From Verrucomicrobiota bacterium (GTDB taxonomy: Bacteria > Verrucomicrobiota > Verrucomicrobiia > Verrucomicrobiales > DEV007): DNA of 54,190 bases. Shown here one piece after another: positions 1 through 8,940 of the stretch (positions are counted from its first letter, which is position 1; every line of letters starts with the position of its first letter). Below the pieces are notes generated by a model. That model made no database searches. It saw nothing but the letters and a program-made list of their open reading frames with translations, and was not told the origin of the DNA. The DNA is taken from assembly GCA_038745205.1 (NCBI GenBank), contig JBCDLR010000001.1:1-54190 (forward strand). The letters are read 5' to 3'. Position numbers and translations under genes: made by a program.

Positions 1-92
1 CCGCCGACCAGCGCCCGAACGCCAACGCCCCCGTCGACCGCCCGAGCTATTCGCCGCCTTCCCGGACGGCCGGCACCCGCAGCCCGAGCAGC

Positions 93-1670
93 ATGAGCCA
101 CGCGTTTTCCAGCGGGGCCAACCAGTCGATCGCCAAGCTCGAAGCGCAGATCCGCGATCTTTCCGGGCAACGCGAAAACCTCCTCGACCGTCTCGACGCG
201 ACCGGCGAAACACTCAAGAGAACGGAGTATGATCTAGAGCAGTCCCGCATCGCCCAGGCCTCGCTCAACGAGGAAATCACCCGCCTCCGCACCGAAGGCA
301 GTGGCACGCAGCTCTCGGAGCTGACGGAAAAACTCGACTTGGAGCAGAAGGCTTACTCGCGACTTGAAAGCGAATACAACGCGATGCGTGACGACTTCGT
401 GGAGTCCCGCAAGGAAATCGGTCTCCTGAAGGACGAACGCGACAATCTCGAGCGCGAACGGGATGAATTGAAGGCCCTCGTCCAGCGCACCGGCTCCGAC
501 GACATCGATGCGCTGATCAAGGAAAACCTCGCCCTCAAGGAAGAACTCAAGGAGGCCCGCGGCCGGATTGAACTTCTTGCGAAAAGCAACGACGCCAAGG
601 ACGCGGAAATCGACGCGCTGAAGAAAAAGGTCGGCGAAGTCGAGGCCCAACTCGTGAAGCTCCGCGAGGAAAATGCCGAATACCATCGCCGCATCGTCGC
701 GTTGTCCGACAAACTCCGGAAAACCGCGAAGCAACTTGACGAGGCCCTCCTCAAGTCCCGCGAAGGCGTCTCCGACGAATTGATCAACGAGAACAAGCTC
801 CTCCGCGGTGCCATCGTCCGCCAGTTGCGCAAGCAAACCGCCCGCGAGGACAAGAAACAGCTCCTCCTCGCCGAAGTCTCCAAGCTTGAAGGCATGTCCG
901 ACTCCCTCCTTTCCCAGATCGCGGAAATCGCCGGCGAAGGCATCCAGCTCACGGCCGACGAAAGGGCACTCTTCGAGGACTCCGCCATCGTAAACTTCAT
1001 CGACGACAGTGGCGCGATTGATCAGACGCTCTTTGCCGAAAGCCGGGGTGACGCCGTCCCCGAACTGCCGGAGGTCACGAGCAACGAAGGGGAGAAGGTC
1101 ATGCATGGCCTGAACCGCGACCTCACCCAGTTTGCCAAGTCTGCCGCCTACGACTTCCTCAGCGGGAAATTCGCGGAATCGGAAACAACCTACCAGCGGA
1201 TTCACGACGTGGCGCCCGACAACGTGTATGCCTTGCGCAACCTCGGCATCGTCAAGATGAAGCTTGAGAAGATGGACGAGGCCGAGCACGTCCTCCGCAA
1301 AGCCGTCTCGCTCAATCACGAGGACGCCCTTTCCCACTACATGCTTGGGAACCTCTACTTTCTCGTCGACGACCTCGAGAAGTGCCAGAAGGCAATGGAC
1401 ACCTCCGTCTCCATCAAGCCCGATCTTGCCCGCGCTCACTACCACCTGGGAGCCATCCAACTCCGGAAAGGCGACCTCGCAGCGGCCGCCGCCGAGTTTG
1501 AGAAGGCCCTCGCAATCGATCCCGATTTCGCCGACGCGCACTATAACCTCGCCTGGATTTGCCTCAATAGCAGCCCCCCGGACCGCCGGGCCGCCCGCGA
1601 TCACTACCGCATGACGCTTCGCCTTGGCGGGAAAGGCGATTCCGCGATGGAGCAGGCGATCGGCAGCTGA
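93..1670 (+). CDS. Coiled-coil plus TPR-repeat protein, function unknown (5' end may lie outside the window)
   Basis: 525-aa ORF. The N-terminal two thirds is E/K/L/R-rich coiled coil (LEAQIRDLSGQRENLLDRL...). The C-terminal third has TPR units (AHYHLGAIQLRKGDLAAAAAEFEKALAIDPDFADAHYNLAW). There is no stop codon in this frame between nt 3 and the ATG at 93. Confidence 0.6.
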   Translation: MSHAFSSGANQSIAKLEAQIRDLSGQRENLLDRLDATGETLKRTEYDLEQSRIAQASLNEEITRLRTEGSGTQLSELTEKLDLEQKAYSRLESEYNAMRDDFVESRKEIGLLKDERDNLERERDELKALVQRTGSDDIDALIKENLALKEELKEARGRIELLAKSNDAKDAEIDALKKKVGEVEAQLVKLREENAEYHRRIVALSDKLRKTAKQLDEALLKSREGVSDELINENKLLRGAIVRQLRKQTAREDKKQLLLAEVSKLEGMSDSLLSQIAEIAGEGIQLTADERALFEDSAIVNFIDDSGAIDQTLFAESRGDAVPELPEVTSNEGEKVMHGLNRDLTQFAKSAAYDFLSGKFAESETTYQRIHDVAPDNVYALRNLGIVKMKLEKMDEAEHVLRKAVSLNHEDALSHYMLGNLYFLVDDLEKCQKAMDTSVSIKPDLARAHYHLGAIQLRKGDLAAAAAEFEKALAIDPDFADAHYNLAWICLNSSPPDRRAARDHYRMTLRLGGKGDSAMEQAIGS

Positions 1671-1802
1671 TTTTCCGCGATCGAGCATCGAACTTTGCGG
1701 TTGAGGCAAGGAGCCAAACCTCCTATCTTCGCGGCCCCCGTCCGGCGAGAAATACCCCGGGTGGCGCATTTATTCCAATCTCCACGATAACTCCCCTCGA
1801 CG

Positions 1803-3815
1803 ATGCTCGAACTCATTCGCAACCAGCAAAAGACCCTCATGATCGCCGTCGCGGCGCTCGTCATCGTCGCGTTCGCCTTTCTCTACGACTCACAAAGCTA
1901 CAATAACCAGGGACGCCAGGGGTCCACGATGGTCCTCTATGGAAAGCGGATCAGTCCGAACAAGTTCCAGAATTACCTCGCACAGGCGAGCTTCATCTCG
2001 AGCCCCCGCATGCTTCAGGTGGTCTTCAATCTTGGACTCGGTGATTTGTATTTCCACCTGCGCGGCAATCAACGCTCTCAAGGGGACGTTCAGGACCTCA
2101 TCACGAATCTTCTCGTCCTTCGCCAGGAAGCGGAGGATTTGGGAATCAAGGCCTCTGATGAAGAAATTGCGGAAGCGATCAAGGAAGCGAGGTTCTTCGC
2201 CAACCAGCAGACGCAGCAGTTCGACGAAGCCCTCTTCAGCGACTTCAAGGCGAACCTTGGAAACACCGGGATCACGGAAGCCGACTTCCAGCAACTCGTC
2301 GCCGACTCTGTCGTTCTGGAAAAGATGCGTAACCTGCTCAAGGCCGGGTTGAGACCCTCCCAGGTCACCCTCGACTCCACCTTCAATGAACAGAACGCCT
2401 CCGTTGCAGCCTTCCGTCTCGATTTCGCTGCAGAGAAATACGCGAAGGGAGCCGAGGATTTCACCGAGGAGGAACTCAAGGAATTCTACGAGGACCGCAA
2501 GGCCGACTATCAGTCGCCGGAAAAGCGGAATGTGCAGTTCGTCCACTTCAGTCGACCCGACCTTGAGAAGAAACTCGAGGAAGCGAAGAAGGCAGCCGAG
2601 GAAAAACAAAAAGCTGAAGAGACTTCAGCCGCCATCCCCCCTCCTCCCGTCCCTGCACCGATTCCTGAGAAAAGTTCAGAGCCTCAGCAAGCGAAACCCG
2701 ACACAGAAAGCGATGATCCCGTGGAGGAGAGCGCCCCGGAAAGCGAGGACGACGCCGACGCCCCGAAGGAACAGAAACAAGACGCACAGGAATCCGCTCC
2801 GGATAAATCAGAGAAGGGCGGAAAAGAGGCGGAGTTGCGGCAGGAAGCCGATGCCGACGCGGCAGGAGTCATCGCCGCCCCGGAAGCATCCGCACCCACC
2901 GATCAAGGCGCGTCAGCATCGGAGGTCGGAGCAGAGTCGGAGGACAAGGAAGAGCAGCCCGCGGAAGAACCAGCAACGGAGCCGGTGGAAGGAGAAACGG
3001 GACCCAGTAGCGCCGAACTGAATTCCGAGTTTGGCAAGGTGATGAATTCTTTCATCTCCGAAGCGGCCGGCAACCTCGAAGACTTCCCCGCCCTGGCGAA
3101 AAAGTATTCGGAAGCAGCAGAAGGCAAATTCTATGCGATCGACTACGTGGAAACCGGCCTCTTTACCCGAGACGATCCGCCCGCATCGCTCCTGCAAAAC
3201 AACGGCGAGCCCGAGCAGCTGATTCTCCAGTCGATTTTCCAGCGACCCGCAGCCCAACCGTTCCAAAGTGAAGCTCCCCGGGACATGGATTCCGGGTTTG
3301 TCGTCTTCCGCCTTCTCGAGGTCGTACCCCCGCAGGAAAAGACGTTTGAGGAGGCCAAGGAGAAAGTGACGGAAGCCTTCATTCAGGACAGGCAATCCGA
3401 GATGCTTCGCGAAGCCGCCGAGGAAGTCCGCTCCGGGATCGTTGAAGCCGTGCAGGGCGGAAAAGCTTTCGAGGACGCCGCCAAGGAAGCTGGTGCCGAA
3501 TACATCTCCATCCCGCGGTTTACCATGACTTCACCACCGGTTGGCGTCGAGGACTGGGGTATGAAGTTTGCCGACAAGGTCAAGAATACGCCGGCCGGCC
3601 AGATGACGGAACCGGTCGCCGGGGACGACAAGGTCACAATGATTTATGTTGCCGCACGCGAACTGCGCGAGGTCGATGCAGAGGCGACTAAACGCGACTC
3701 CCTCCAAGACCAAATTTCCTCGCAGTATTACGAAAATCTCGTCTTCCAATCCTGGCTTGAAGAAGCGAGGAACAAAGCCGGCGCCTTCAAGGGCGACCTT
3801 GGCCTCGGGTCTTGA
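1803..3815 (+). CDS. PpiD/SurA-N-like membrane-anchored periplasmic chaperone with a long acidic low-complexity insert
   Basis: 670-aa ORF with a family-typical N-terminus (MLELIRNQQKTLMIAVAALVIVAFAF = short cytoplasmic tail plus TM), followed by a SurA-N-like helical region. No canonical parvulin signature was recognised. There is an acidic/Pro-rich insert at about aa 255-410. Confidence 0.6.
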   Translation: MLELIRNQQKTLMIAVAALVIVAFAFLYDSQSYNNQGRQGSTMVLYGKRISPNKFQNYLAQASFISSPRMLQVVFNLGLGDLYFHLRGNQRSQGDVQDLITNLLVLRQEAEDLGIKASDEEIAEAIKEARFFANQQTQQFDEALFSDFKANLGNTGITEADFQQLVADSVVLEKMRNLLKAGLRPSQVTLDSTFNEQNASVAAFRLDFAAEKYAKGAEDFTEEELKEFYEDRKADYQSPEKRNVQFVHFSRPDLEKKLEEAKKAAEEKQKAEETSAAIPPPPVPAPIPEKSSEPQQAKPDTESDDPVEESAPESEDDADAPKEQKQDAQESAPDKSEKGGKEAELRQEADADAAGVIAAPEASAPTDQGASASEVGAESEDKEEQPAEEPATEPVEGETGPSSAELNSEFGKVMNSFISEAAGNLEDFPALAKKYSEAAEGKFYAIDYVETGLFTRDDPPASLLQNNGEPEQLILQSIFQRPAAQPFQSEAPRDMDSGFVVFRLLEVVPPQEKTFEEAKEKVTEAFIQDRQSEMLREAAEEVRSGIVEAVQGGKAFEDAAKEAGAEYISIPRFTMTSPPVGVEDWGMKFADKVKNTPAGQMTEPVAGDDKVTMIYVAARELREVDAEATKRDSLQDQISSQYYENLVFQSWLEEARNKAGAFKGDLGLGS

Positions 3816-4162
3816 ACACGGAAGAACGCGACGATCTTTTTGACAACGCGAATGGCGATCTCGCCGTCGGCGACCTCGAAAGCGCGGTCGAAAAGTACCG
3901 TCGCTGCGTCGAGGGCGATCCGGACTTTTTCGACGGCTGGCACGCGCTTGGAATGGCCTTGATGAAGACCGGCGAGATCAAGCAAGCCATCGGCGCCGGC
4001 CTCATGGCGACCAGCCTGCAACCCAATGACCTTCTCGCCTGGACCGCGCTTTCCCAGATGTACGTGCAGAATGGCCAGATCGCTGAAGCCGAGGATGCCA
4101 AGTCAAATGCCCGCATCCTTTCCCTCGGCGGGAAAGTTGTCCGCGATGCCGGGAATGACTGA
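3812..4162 (+). CDS. Small TPR-repeat protein
   Basis: 116-aa ORF with TPR-like units (DLESAVEKYRRCVEGDPDFFDGWHALGMALMKTGEIKQAIGAG...AWTALSQMYVQNGQIAEAEDA). It has a TTG start that overlaps the upstream stop (TTGA). There is no in-frame ATG near the start, so the start is uncertain. Confidence 0.5.
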   Translation: MNTEERDDLFDNANGDLAVGDLESAVEKYRRCVEGDPDFFDGWHALGMALMKTGEIKQAIGAGLMATSLQPNDLLAWTALSQMYVQNGQIAEAEDAKSNARILSLGGKVVRDAGND

Positions 4163-4249
4163 CCGGGGAGACTGGTCGAGCGACAACCCCTTGGAAGATA
4201 CCGGAAAACGTCGCCCAGTGCCCCGTCTTTCGGTCCGATCAACCCCATC

Positions 4250-4302
4250 TTCCTGACAATTTCCTGACATACTTCTGACGCGCCGGTGACGAAAATCACC
4301 GG
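4250..4302 (+). promoter_or_regulatory. Phased direct repeats (TGAC every 11 bp, four times) ending in a perfect 7-6-7 inverted repeat, upstream of the VWA gene
   Basis: TTCCTGACAAT / TTCCTGACATA / CTTCTGACGCG / CCGGTGACGAA, with TGAC at 4254, 4265, 4276 and 4287. CCGGTGA-cgaaaa-TCACCGG lies at 4283-4302, 16 nt before the first ATG of the VWA ORF. Confidence 0.4.
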
Positions 4303-4317
4303 TCTCCATGCGTTGTT

Positions 4318-5667
4318 ATGTGCATGAAGGATATGAAATACGTTGTTTGCCTGACTGGCCTCATCCTGACCTCACCGGTCATTGCGGATTCGGTGAAAGT
4401 GGACGCCGAGTCCGGCCACGCCGCCCTCCTTGCGGGGGAGAAGGGAACCACTTTCATCAAGGTGGGGTTGACCGGAAAGAAATGGGAGAGGCCGCAGACT
4501 GACCGCGCTCCGGTCAATGTTGCTCTCGTCCTCGACAAGTCCGGATCCATGTCCGGCGAAAAGATCCGCCAGGCGAAGATCGCGGCGAGACAGGCCATCG
4601 AGCGCCTCACCTCCGACGACATCGTCTCCGTGGTCGTCTATGACACCACCGTGAAGGTCGTTGTTCCCGCGACGAAGGCGACCGACAAGGCCACCATCCT
4701 GCAGCAGATCGACTCCATTCAAGCCCGCGGAAACACCGCCCTCTTCGGCGGCGTCGCCAAGGGAGCCGAAGAACTCCGCAAGTTCATCAACCGGGAACGC
4801 GTGAATCGCATCATCCTCCTCTCGGACGGCCTCGCCAATGTCGGTCCGAAATCCCCCGCCGCGCTTGGCGATCTTGGCAAATCCCTCGCCAAGGAGAACA
4901 TTTCCGTCAGCACGATCGGACTCGGCGGCGGCTACAACGAGGACTTGATGTATGAACTTGCGAACAAGAGCGACGGATCCCACCACTTCGCGGAAACACC
5001 CCAGGAACTCGCCGGCGTTTTCGATCGCGAGTTCGGGGATGTCCTTACGGTGATTGCGCAGAAGATTCGTATTCGCATCCTCTGTGCGGAAGGAGTGAGA
5101 CCAGTGCGCCTGCTCGGTCGCGAGGGCGACATCGCCGGACAAGAGGTCTTCATTCCCCTGACCCAGATCTACAGCGAGGACGAGCAATACGTCATCCTTG
5201 AAGCGGAAGTCGCGCCCGGGCTCGCGGGCGACCGCCGTGGTCTTGCGGACGTCAGCGTCACCTATTTCGATTTGGAAAGCCAAAAGGAAGCCACCGCCGG
5301 CGAAGCGCTGACCATCGCCTTCACCAATTCAGAGCCGGAGGTGCAGGAACTCGCCAACGCCGAAGTCATGGCAGCAGGGATCAGCCAGATCGCCACCTTG
5401 AACAACCGCTTCGCCATGAAACTGAGGGACGAGGGCAAAATCAACGAGGCCAAGGTTGTCCTCAACGACAACAGCATGTTCTGCGTCACCGCTGGAAATC
5501 TCTGGGGCGACCAGGGGCTCATCGAGTACGGAGCACAAAACGAAGCGGACGCCGAGAACCTGGAGGGACCCGTGTGGATGATCCGTCGGAAATCGATGGT
5601 CGAGCAGCAGCAATACAATATCCGTGGCGGCCTGCAAAAAACGGGTACAATTCAGAAGTCCCGGTGA
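4318..5667 (+). CDS. Secreted von Willebrand factor type A (VWA) domain protein
   Basis: 449-aa ORF with an N-terminal signal-like segment (MKYVVCLTGLILTSPVIADS). MIDAS motif DKSGSMSG (DxSxS), with downstream GNTAL and LLSDGLAN. A C-terminal extension of about 200 aa follows. The start could be any of three ATGs at 4318-4335. Confidence 0.85.
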   Translation: MCMKDMKYVVCLTGLILTSPVIADSVKVDAESGHAALLAGEKGTTFIKVGLTGKKWERPQTDRAPVNVALVLDKSGSMSGEKIRQAKIAARQAIERLTSDDIVSVVVYDTTVKVVVPATKATDKATILQQIDSIQARGNTALFGGVAKGAEELRKFINRERVNRIILLSDGLANVGPKSPAALGDLGKSLAKENISVSTIGLGGGYNEDLMYELANKSDGSHHFAETPQELAGVFDREFGDVLTVIAQKIRIRILCAEGVRPVRLLGREGDIAGQEVFIPLTQIYSEDEQYVILEAEVAPGLAGDRRGLADVSVTYFDLESQKEATAGEALTIAFTNSEPEVQELANAEVMAAGISQIATLNNRFAMKLRDEGKINEAKVVLNDNSMFCVTAGNLWGDQGLIEYGAQNEADAENLEGPVWMIRRKSMVEQQQYNIRGGLQKTGTIQKSR

Positions 5668-5704
5668 TTTTCATGGGACGGATCTCCTCCGTTGCCTATG
5701 TTTC

Positions 5705-5732
5705 GCAGGCGAGCCCGTGAGGGTTTGCCTGC
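5705..5732 (+). promoter_or_regulatory. Stable stem-loop in the VWA-to-kinase spacer (possible attenuator or weak terminator)
   Basis: GCAGGCGAGCCC-gtga-GGGTTTGCCTGC forms a 12-bp stem (two G-U pairs) with a GTGA loop. It is followed by CGCCTTTCCCTTG, which is a poor U-tract. Confidence 0.3.
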
Positions 5733-5752
5733 CGCCTTTCCCTTGATCACGA

Positions 5753-7342
5753 TTGAACCCACGGTTGACCATACTCTTCGTCCTCCTTGTCGGCGGTCCC
5801 TTGATCACCGCCATCTGGTTCGGATTGCGCATGGTCGACTCGCAAGCGAGGGAAGAACGGCAAAAGCAGCAGCAGCAAATCGAATCGATAGCGAGTGCGG
5901 AGATGGAGAATACCCGCAATCGCATCAATGACCGCTTCGCCAACCTGCAGAGGGAACTCACAATCCTGACGGAAACGACCTTGGCGGACGAGAGCGCTGC
6001 CCGTGAGATCCCGCGCAATCATCCGCTGGTGCGGCAGGTCTTCATTCTCGAGAACGACGGTCGCCTGCTCTTCCCCTCGGGTGATCCTTCACGGCGGACC
6101 GCCGCAGAGACCGAATTCCTCGATCGAAGCGCGGAAATCTGGAGCTCTCAAAAGCAATTCTACCGCTCCTACGACGAAGGCACACGAGTCGCCGGGAACC
6201 GCATGGGATGGCATACCTGGTACTGGAGCGAGGGACTCCAGTTGCTGTTCTGGAAACTATCCGCAAAAAATGGCCGTGTCATTGGTCTCGACATCGACCG
6301 TTCTGCCCTTCTCGCCACCCTTCTGCAACTTGTTCCGGAGAATACGACGATCCCCGAGGGCGCCGTTCAGCTCATCAACACGGGAGGAACCGTCTTTCAT
6401 CAATGGGGATCGAACGAGGATGTCACAGAGCAACAGCTCCTCGGGACGGTCGACCTCCGTCCTCCCCTCACCTCATGGAAACTCATGTCCTTCGCCCCCG
6501 CTTCCGCATTCGGCGTCGGGGAAGACCTGAAGCAAACCGCCCAACTCGGCTTCTACTCCACGCTGGGGATCGGCGGTCTCCTGACCATCCTTGCCGCTCT
6601 TTGGTTTTACCGAGAGAGTTCCAAGGGTATGCGCGAGGCCGAGAAAAGGGTCTCGTTCGTGAACCATGTTTCCCACGAATTCCGCACCCCCCTGACGAAC
6701 ATTCTCCTCTACACCGACCTCGCGCAGGCCGAAGAGGACGCGGGGAAGCTCAAGGACCACCTTTCCGTGGTCGAAGACGAAGGCCGACGTCTCCATCGCC
6801 TCGTGGACAATGTCCTCTCCTTCGCCCGCTCCGAGCGGGGAGCTCTCATCGTGAGGAAACACCCAATCGATATCGACAACGCCATCAGCGAGGAAGTCGA
6901 CGCCTTTCGCCAGGCATTTGAAGAAAAGGAGATTGAAGTGGAACTCCAACTTCAATCGGGTGGAACCGCTCTCGCCGACGCGGAAGCCATTCGTGAAATC
7001 ACGGGGAACCTTCTGGGGAACGTCGAGAAATACGGCGCTTCCGGACGTTGGGTCCGCGTTTCCACCGACCGCGATGGTTCGAAAGTAACCATCTCCGTTG
7101 AAGACAAGGGACCCGGACTGACAAAGAAACAAGCGCGACGCATCTTCAAGCCGTTCTACCGTGCCCACGACAATGTCACCGAAGGAGCTGCGGGTGCAGG
7201 CATCGGGCTAAGCATCGTGCAGCGTTGGGTGCGCCTCCACGGCGGAACCGTTCGATGCCGACCCGGATCCGAGGGAAGAGGAATCCGCTTCGACGTTTCC
7301 ATCGAAGCACCACATCCATCAACGAGGACCAGGGGGAAATGA
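5753..7342 (+). CDS. Sensor histidine kinase (two TM segments, periplasmic sensor domain, HisKA, HATPase_c)
   Basis: 529-aa ORF. TM1 is ILFVLLVGGPLITAIWF and TM2 is LGIGGLLTILAALWFY. H-box is SHEFRTPLTNI, N-box LLGNVEKY, G1 EDKGPGL, G2 GAGIGLSIV. The TTG start is uncertain. Confidence 0.9.
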   Translation: MNPRLTILFVLLVGGPLITAIWFGLRMVDSQAREERQKQQQQIESIASAEMENTRNRINDRFANLQRELTILTETTLADESAAREIPRNHPLVRQVFILENDGRLLFPSGDPSRRTAAETEFLDRSAEIWSSQKQFYRSYDEGTRVAGNRMGWHTWYWSEGLQLLFWKLSAKNGRVIGLDIDRSALLATLLQLVPENTTIPEGAVQLINTGGTVFHQWGSNEDVTEQQLLGTVDLRPPLTSWKLMSFAPASAFGVGEDLKQTAQLGFYSTLGIGGLLTILAALWFYRESSKGMREAEKRVSFVNHVSHEFRTPLTNILLYTDLAQAEEDAGKLKDHLSVVEDEGRRLHRLVDNVLSFARSERGALIVRKHPIDIDNAISEEVDAFRQAFEEKEIEVELQLQSGGTALADAEAIREITGNLLGNVEKYGASGRWVRVSTDRDGSKVTISVEDKGPGLTKKQARRIFKPFYRAHDNVTEGAAGAGIGLSIVQRWVRLHGGTVRCRPGSEGRGIRFDVSIEAPHPSTRTRGK

Positions 7343-8043
7343 AGGTTCTCATCGCCGAAGACGATCTCCGAACCCGGAATGCCCTCTCCGGCATTCTCGC
7401 CGACGAAGGCTATGATGTCTCCTCCGCCGCGACAGGTATCATTACCTTGGAACTGTTCGAGCGATTCAAACCCGACATCGTTTGCCTCGATATCATGATG
7501 CCGGAAAAGAGCGGGTTCGACGTCTGCCGGGAAATCCGCAGTCTCGACAGGAAATGCGGCATTCTATTCATCAGTGCGAAGTCAGATGAGATGGACACGG
7601 TGCTCGGGCTGGAACTGGGGGCCGACGACTTCATCGTGAAGCCGTTTGGCAAGAAAGCCGTCGTTGCGCGCATCCGGGCCCTCACCCGCAGGATCCTCAA
7701 TCAACGGCAATCTGATGGGGCCACCTCCGGCATGGAGACTTTCTTCATGGAAGACCTGAAGATCGACCCCGCCCAGCTCCGAGCGTTCCGTGGGGACGAA
7801 AAGATCGAGCTCAGCCCCAGGGATATCTCCATCCTCTCTCTTCTCTACCAGAAAAAAGGTGAAGCCGTTTCGCGGGACGAGCTGCTGGCAAAGTGCTGGG
7901 GTTTCGATTTCCTTCCCAACAGCCGCTGCCTCGATCAGCATATCTCACAACTTCGCAAGCGAATCGAAAGAAATCCCCGCTCTCCACGCTGCATAAGAAC
8001 CGTTCATGGAGTCGGCTACCGCTTCGACCACTCTTCCGAGTAA
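7339..8043 (+). CDS. OmpR/PhoB-family response regulator (receiver plus winged-helix DNA binding)
   Basis: ATG at 7339 overlaps the kinase stop (ATGA). N-terminus is MKVLIAEDDL, the phospho-acceptor region is DIVCLDIMMP, and the C-terminal winged-helix signature is RTVHGVGYRF. The longer ORF-track start at 7225 was rejected. Confidence 0.9.
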   Translation: MKVLIAEDDLRTRNALSGILADEGYDVSSAATGIITLELFERFKPDIVCLDIMMPEKSGFDVCREIRSLDRKCGILFISAKSDEMDTVLGLELGADDFIVKPFGKKAVVARIRALTRRILNQRQSDGATSGMETFFMEDLKIDPAQLRAFRGDEKIELSPRDISILSLLYQKKGEAVSRDELLAKCWGFDFLPNSRCLDQHISQLRKRIERNPRSPRCIRTVHGVGYRFDHSSE

Positions 8044-8095
8044 ACGGCCATCAAACGCAGTCTTGGCACGAGGTCCCGGAGACGACGCAACCGCT

Positions 8096-8812
8096 TCAAG
8101 AACCGCTCCAGGATGAGTAGATTGAGACGCGCGTGCCGGATTTCGTGTGATTGAAAAGGGTTTGTGCCGCATCGGAAGGGAAGCGAATGCAACCCGCTGA
8201 GGCCGGGTAACCTGGAAGGTGTCCCGCATGCATGCCAAACGCCGTGCTGTTCAAACGCATCCAGTAAGGCATGCCCACACCGTAAATAGTGGAAACCTTG
8301 CCGACAGGGACGCGTTCGGTGACATAGAAAGTCCCGCGCGGCGTGTACTTGCCGGTGCGCGCGGTCGAAACCGGAGATTCCATCGCAATCCTGCCGGCGC
8401 TCGTCACGAGATAGGCCTTTTGCTTGCTGATGTCGATGACCACGCGATTGGAGTAGCGGTTGGACGAGGCAAGGACGGCCCGGTTGATATCCGCACGAGG
8501 CTCATAGACCTTGCGCTGGACAGGCGTCGCGCTGCGGAAGTTGGAACTGGTCGTAGTGTTAGACGGCTTGAAGAGCCTCGCAAGGAGACCACGCCTTTCA
8601 CTCGATGACCTCTCGGTTTGGCTGGACGTGCGCACTCGCCGCGATACGGGGATCGCTCTTCTTACTTCCATCCGTTCTTTTGCCACCCGTGAGGCCGCGA
8701 CCTGAGCAGGACCCTTTCGTCGGAATATGCCCGCTTCGGAGGATTCAAAAGACACGAAGGTTACCCCGGCGATCGCCGCGGCGGTGATGAGCTTGGTGGT
8801 AATGGATTGCAT
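8096..8812 (-). CDS. L,D-transpeptidase (YkuD domain), secreted
   Basis: 238-aa ORF with a signal peptide. The YkuD catalytic signature is HAGHLPGYPASAGCIRF (His ... Ser-x-Gly-Cys-Ile-Arg). Confidence 0.85.
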   Translation of the reverse strand: MQSITTKLITAAAIAGVTFVSFESSEAGIFRRKGPAQVAASRVAKERMEVRRAIPVSRRVRTSSQTERSSSERRGLLARLFKPSNTTTSSNFRSATPVQRKVYEPRADINRAVLASSNRYSNRVVIDISKQKAYLVTSAGRIAMESPVSTARTGKYTPRGTFYVTERVPVGKVSTIYGVGMPYWMRLNSTAFGMHAGHLPGYPASAGCIRFPSDAAQTLFNHTKSGTRVSIYSSWSGS

Positions 8813-8831
8813 GGAGAGTGGGATTGAGGCT

Positions 8832-8940
8832 GGAAATTTGAAATATTAAGGTTTTACCGGCTTTGTTTTGATTCGAAAAGCCGAAAAATTTCCGTTACGT
8901 GCCTCAGACTACCCAATTTTTAAAAATTTCTAGAAAAATT
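8832..8940. promoter_or_regulatory. AT-rich divergent promoter region with nested inverted repeats and A-tracts
   Basis: GGAAATTT (8832-8839) pairs with AAATTTCC (8886-8893) and encloses CGGCTTT...AAAGCCG. There is a 14-bp perfect palindrome AATTTTTAAAAATT at 8915-8928. AAAAATT recurs at 8884, 8922 and 8934. Confidence 0.3.

Noticed and set aside
234-1769. 511-aa minus-strand ORF covering the whole coiled-coil/TPR gene
   Set aside because: It is an antisense shadow ORF typical of GC-rich DNA. The translation is a low-complexity G/V/L/E/F-rich string with no motifs. The plus-strand frame has clear coiled-coil and TPR periodicity.
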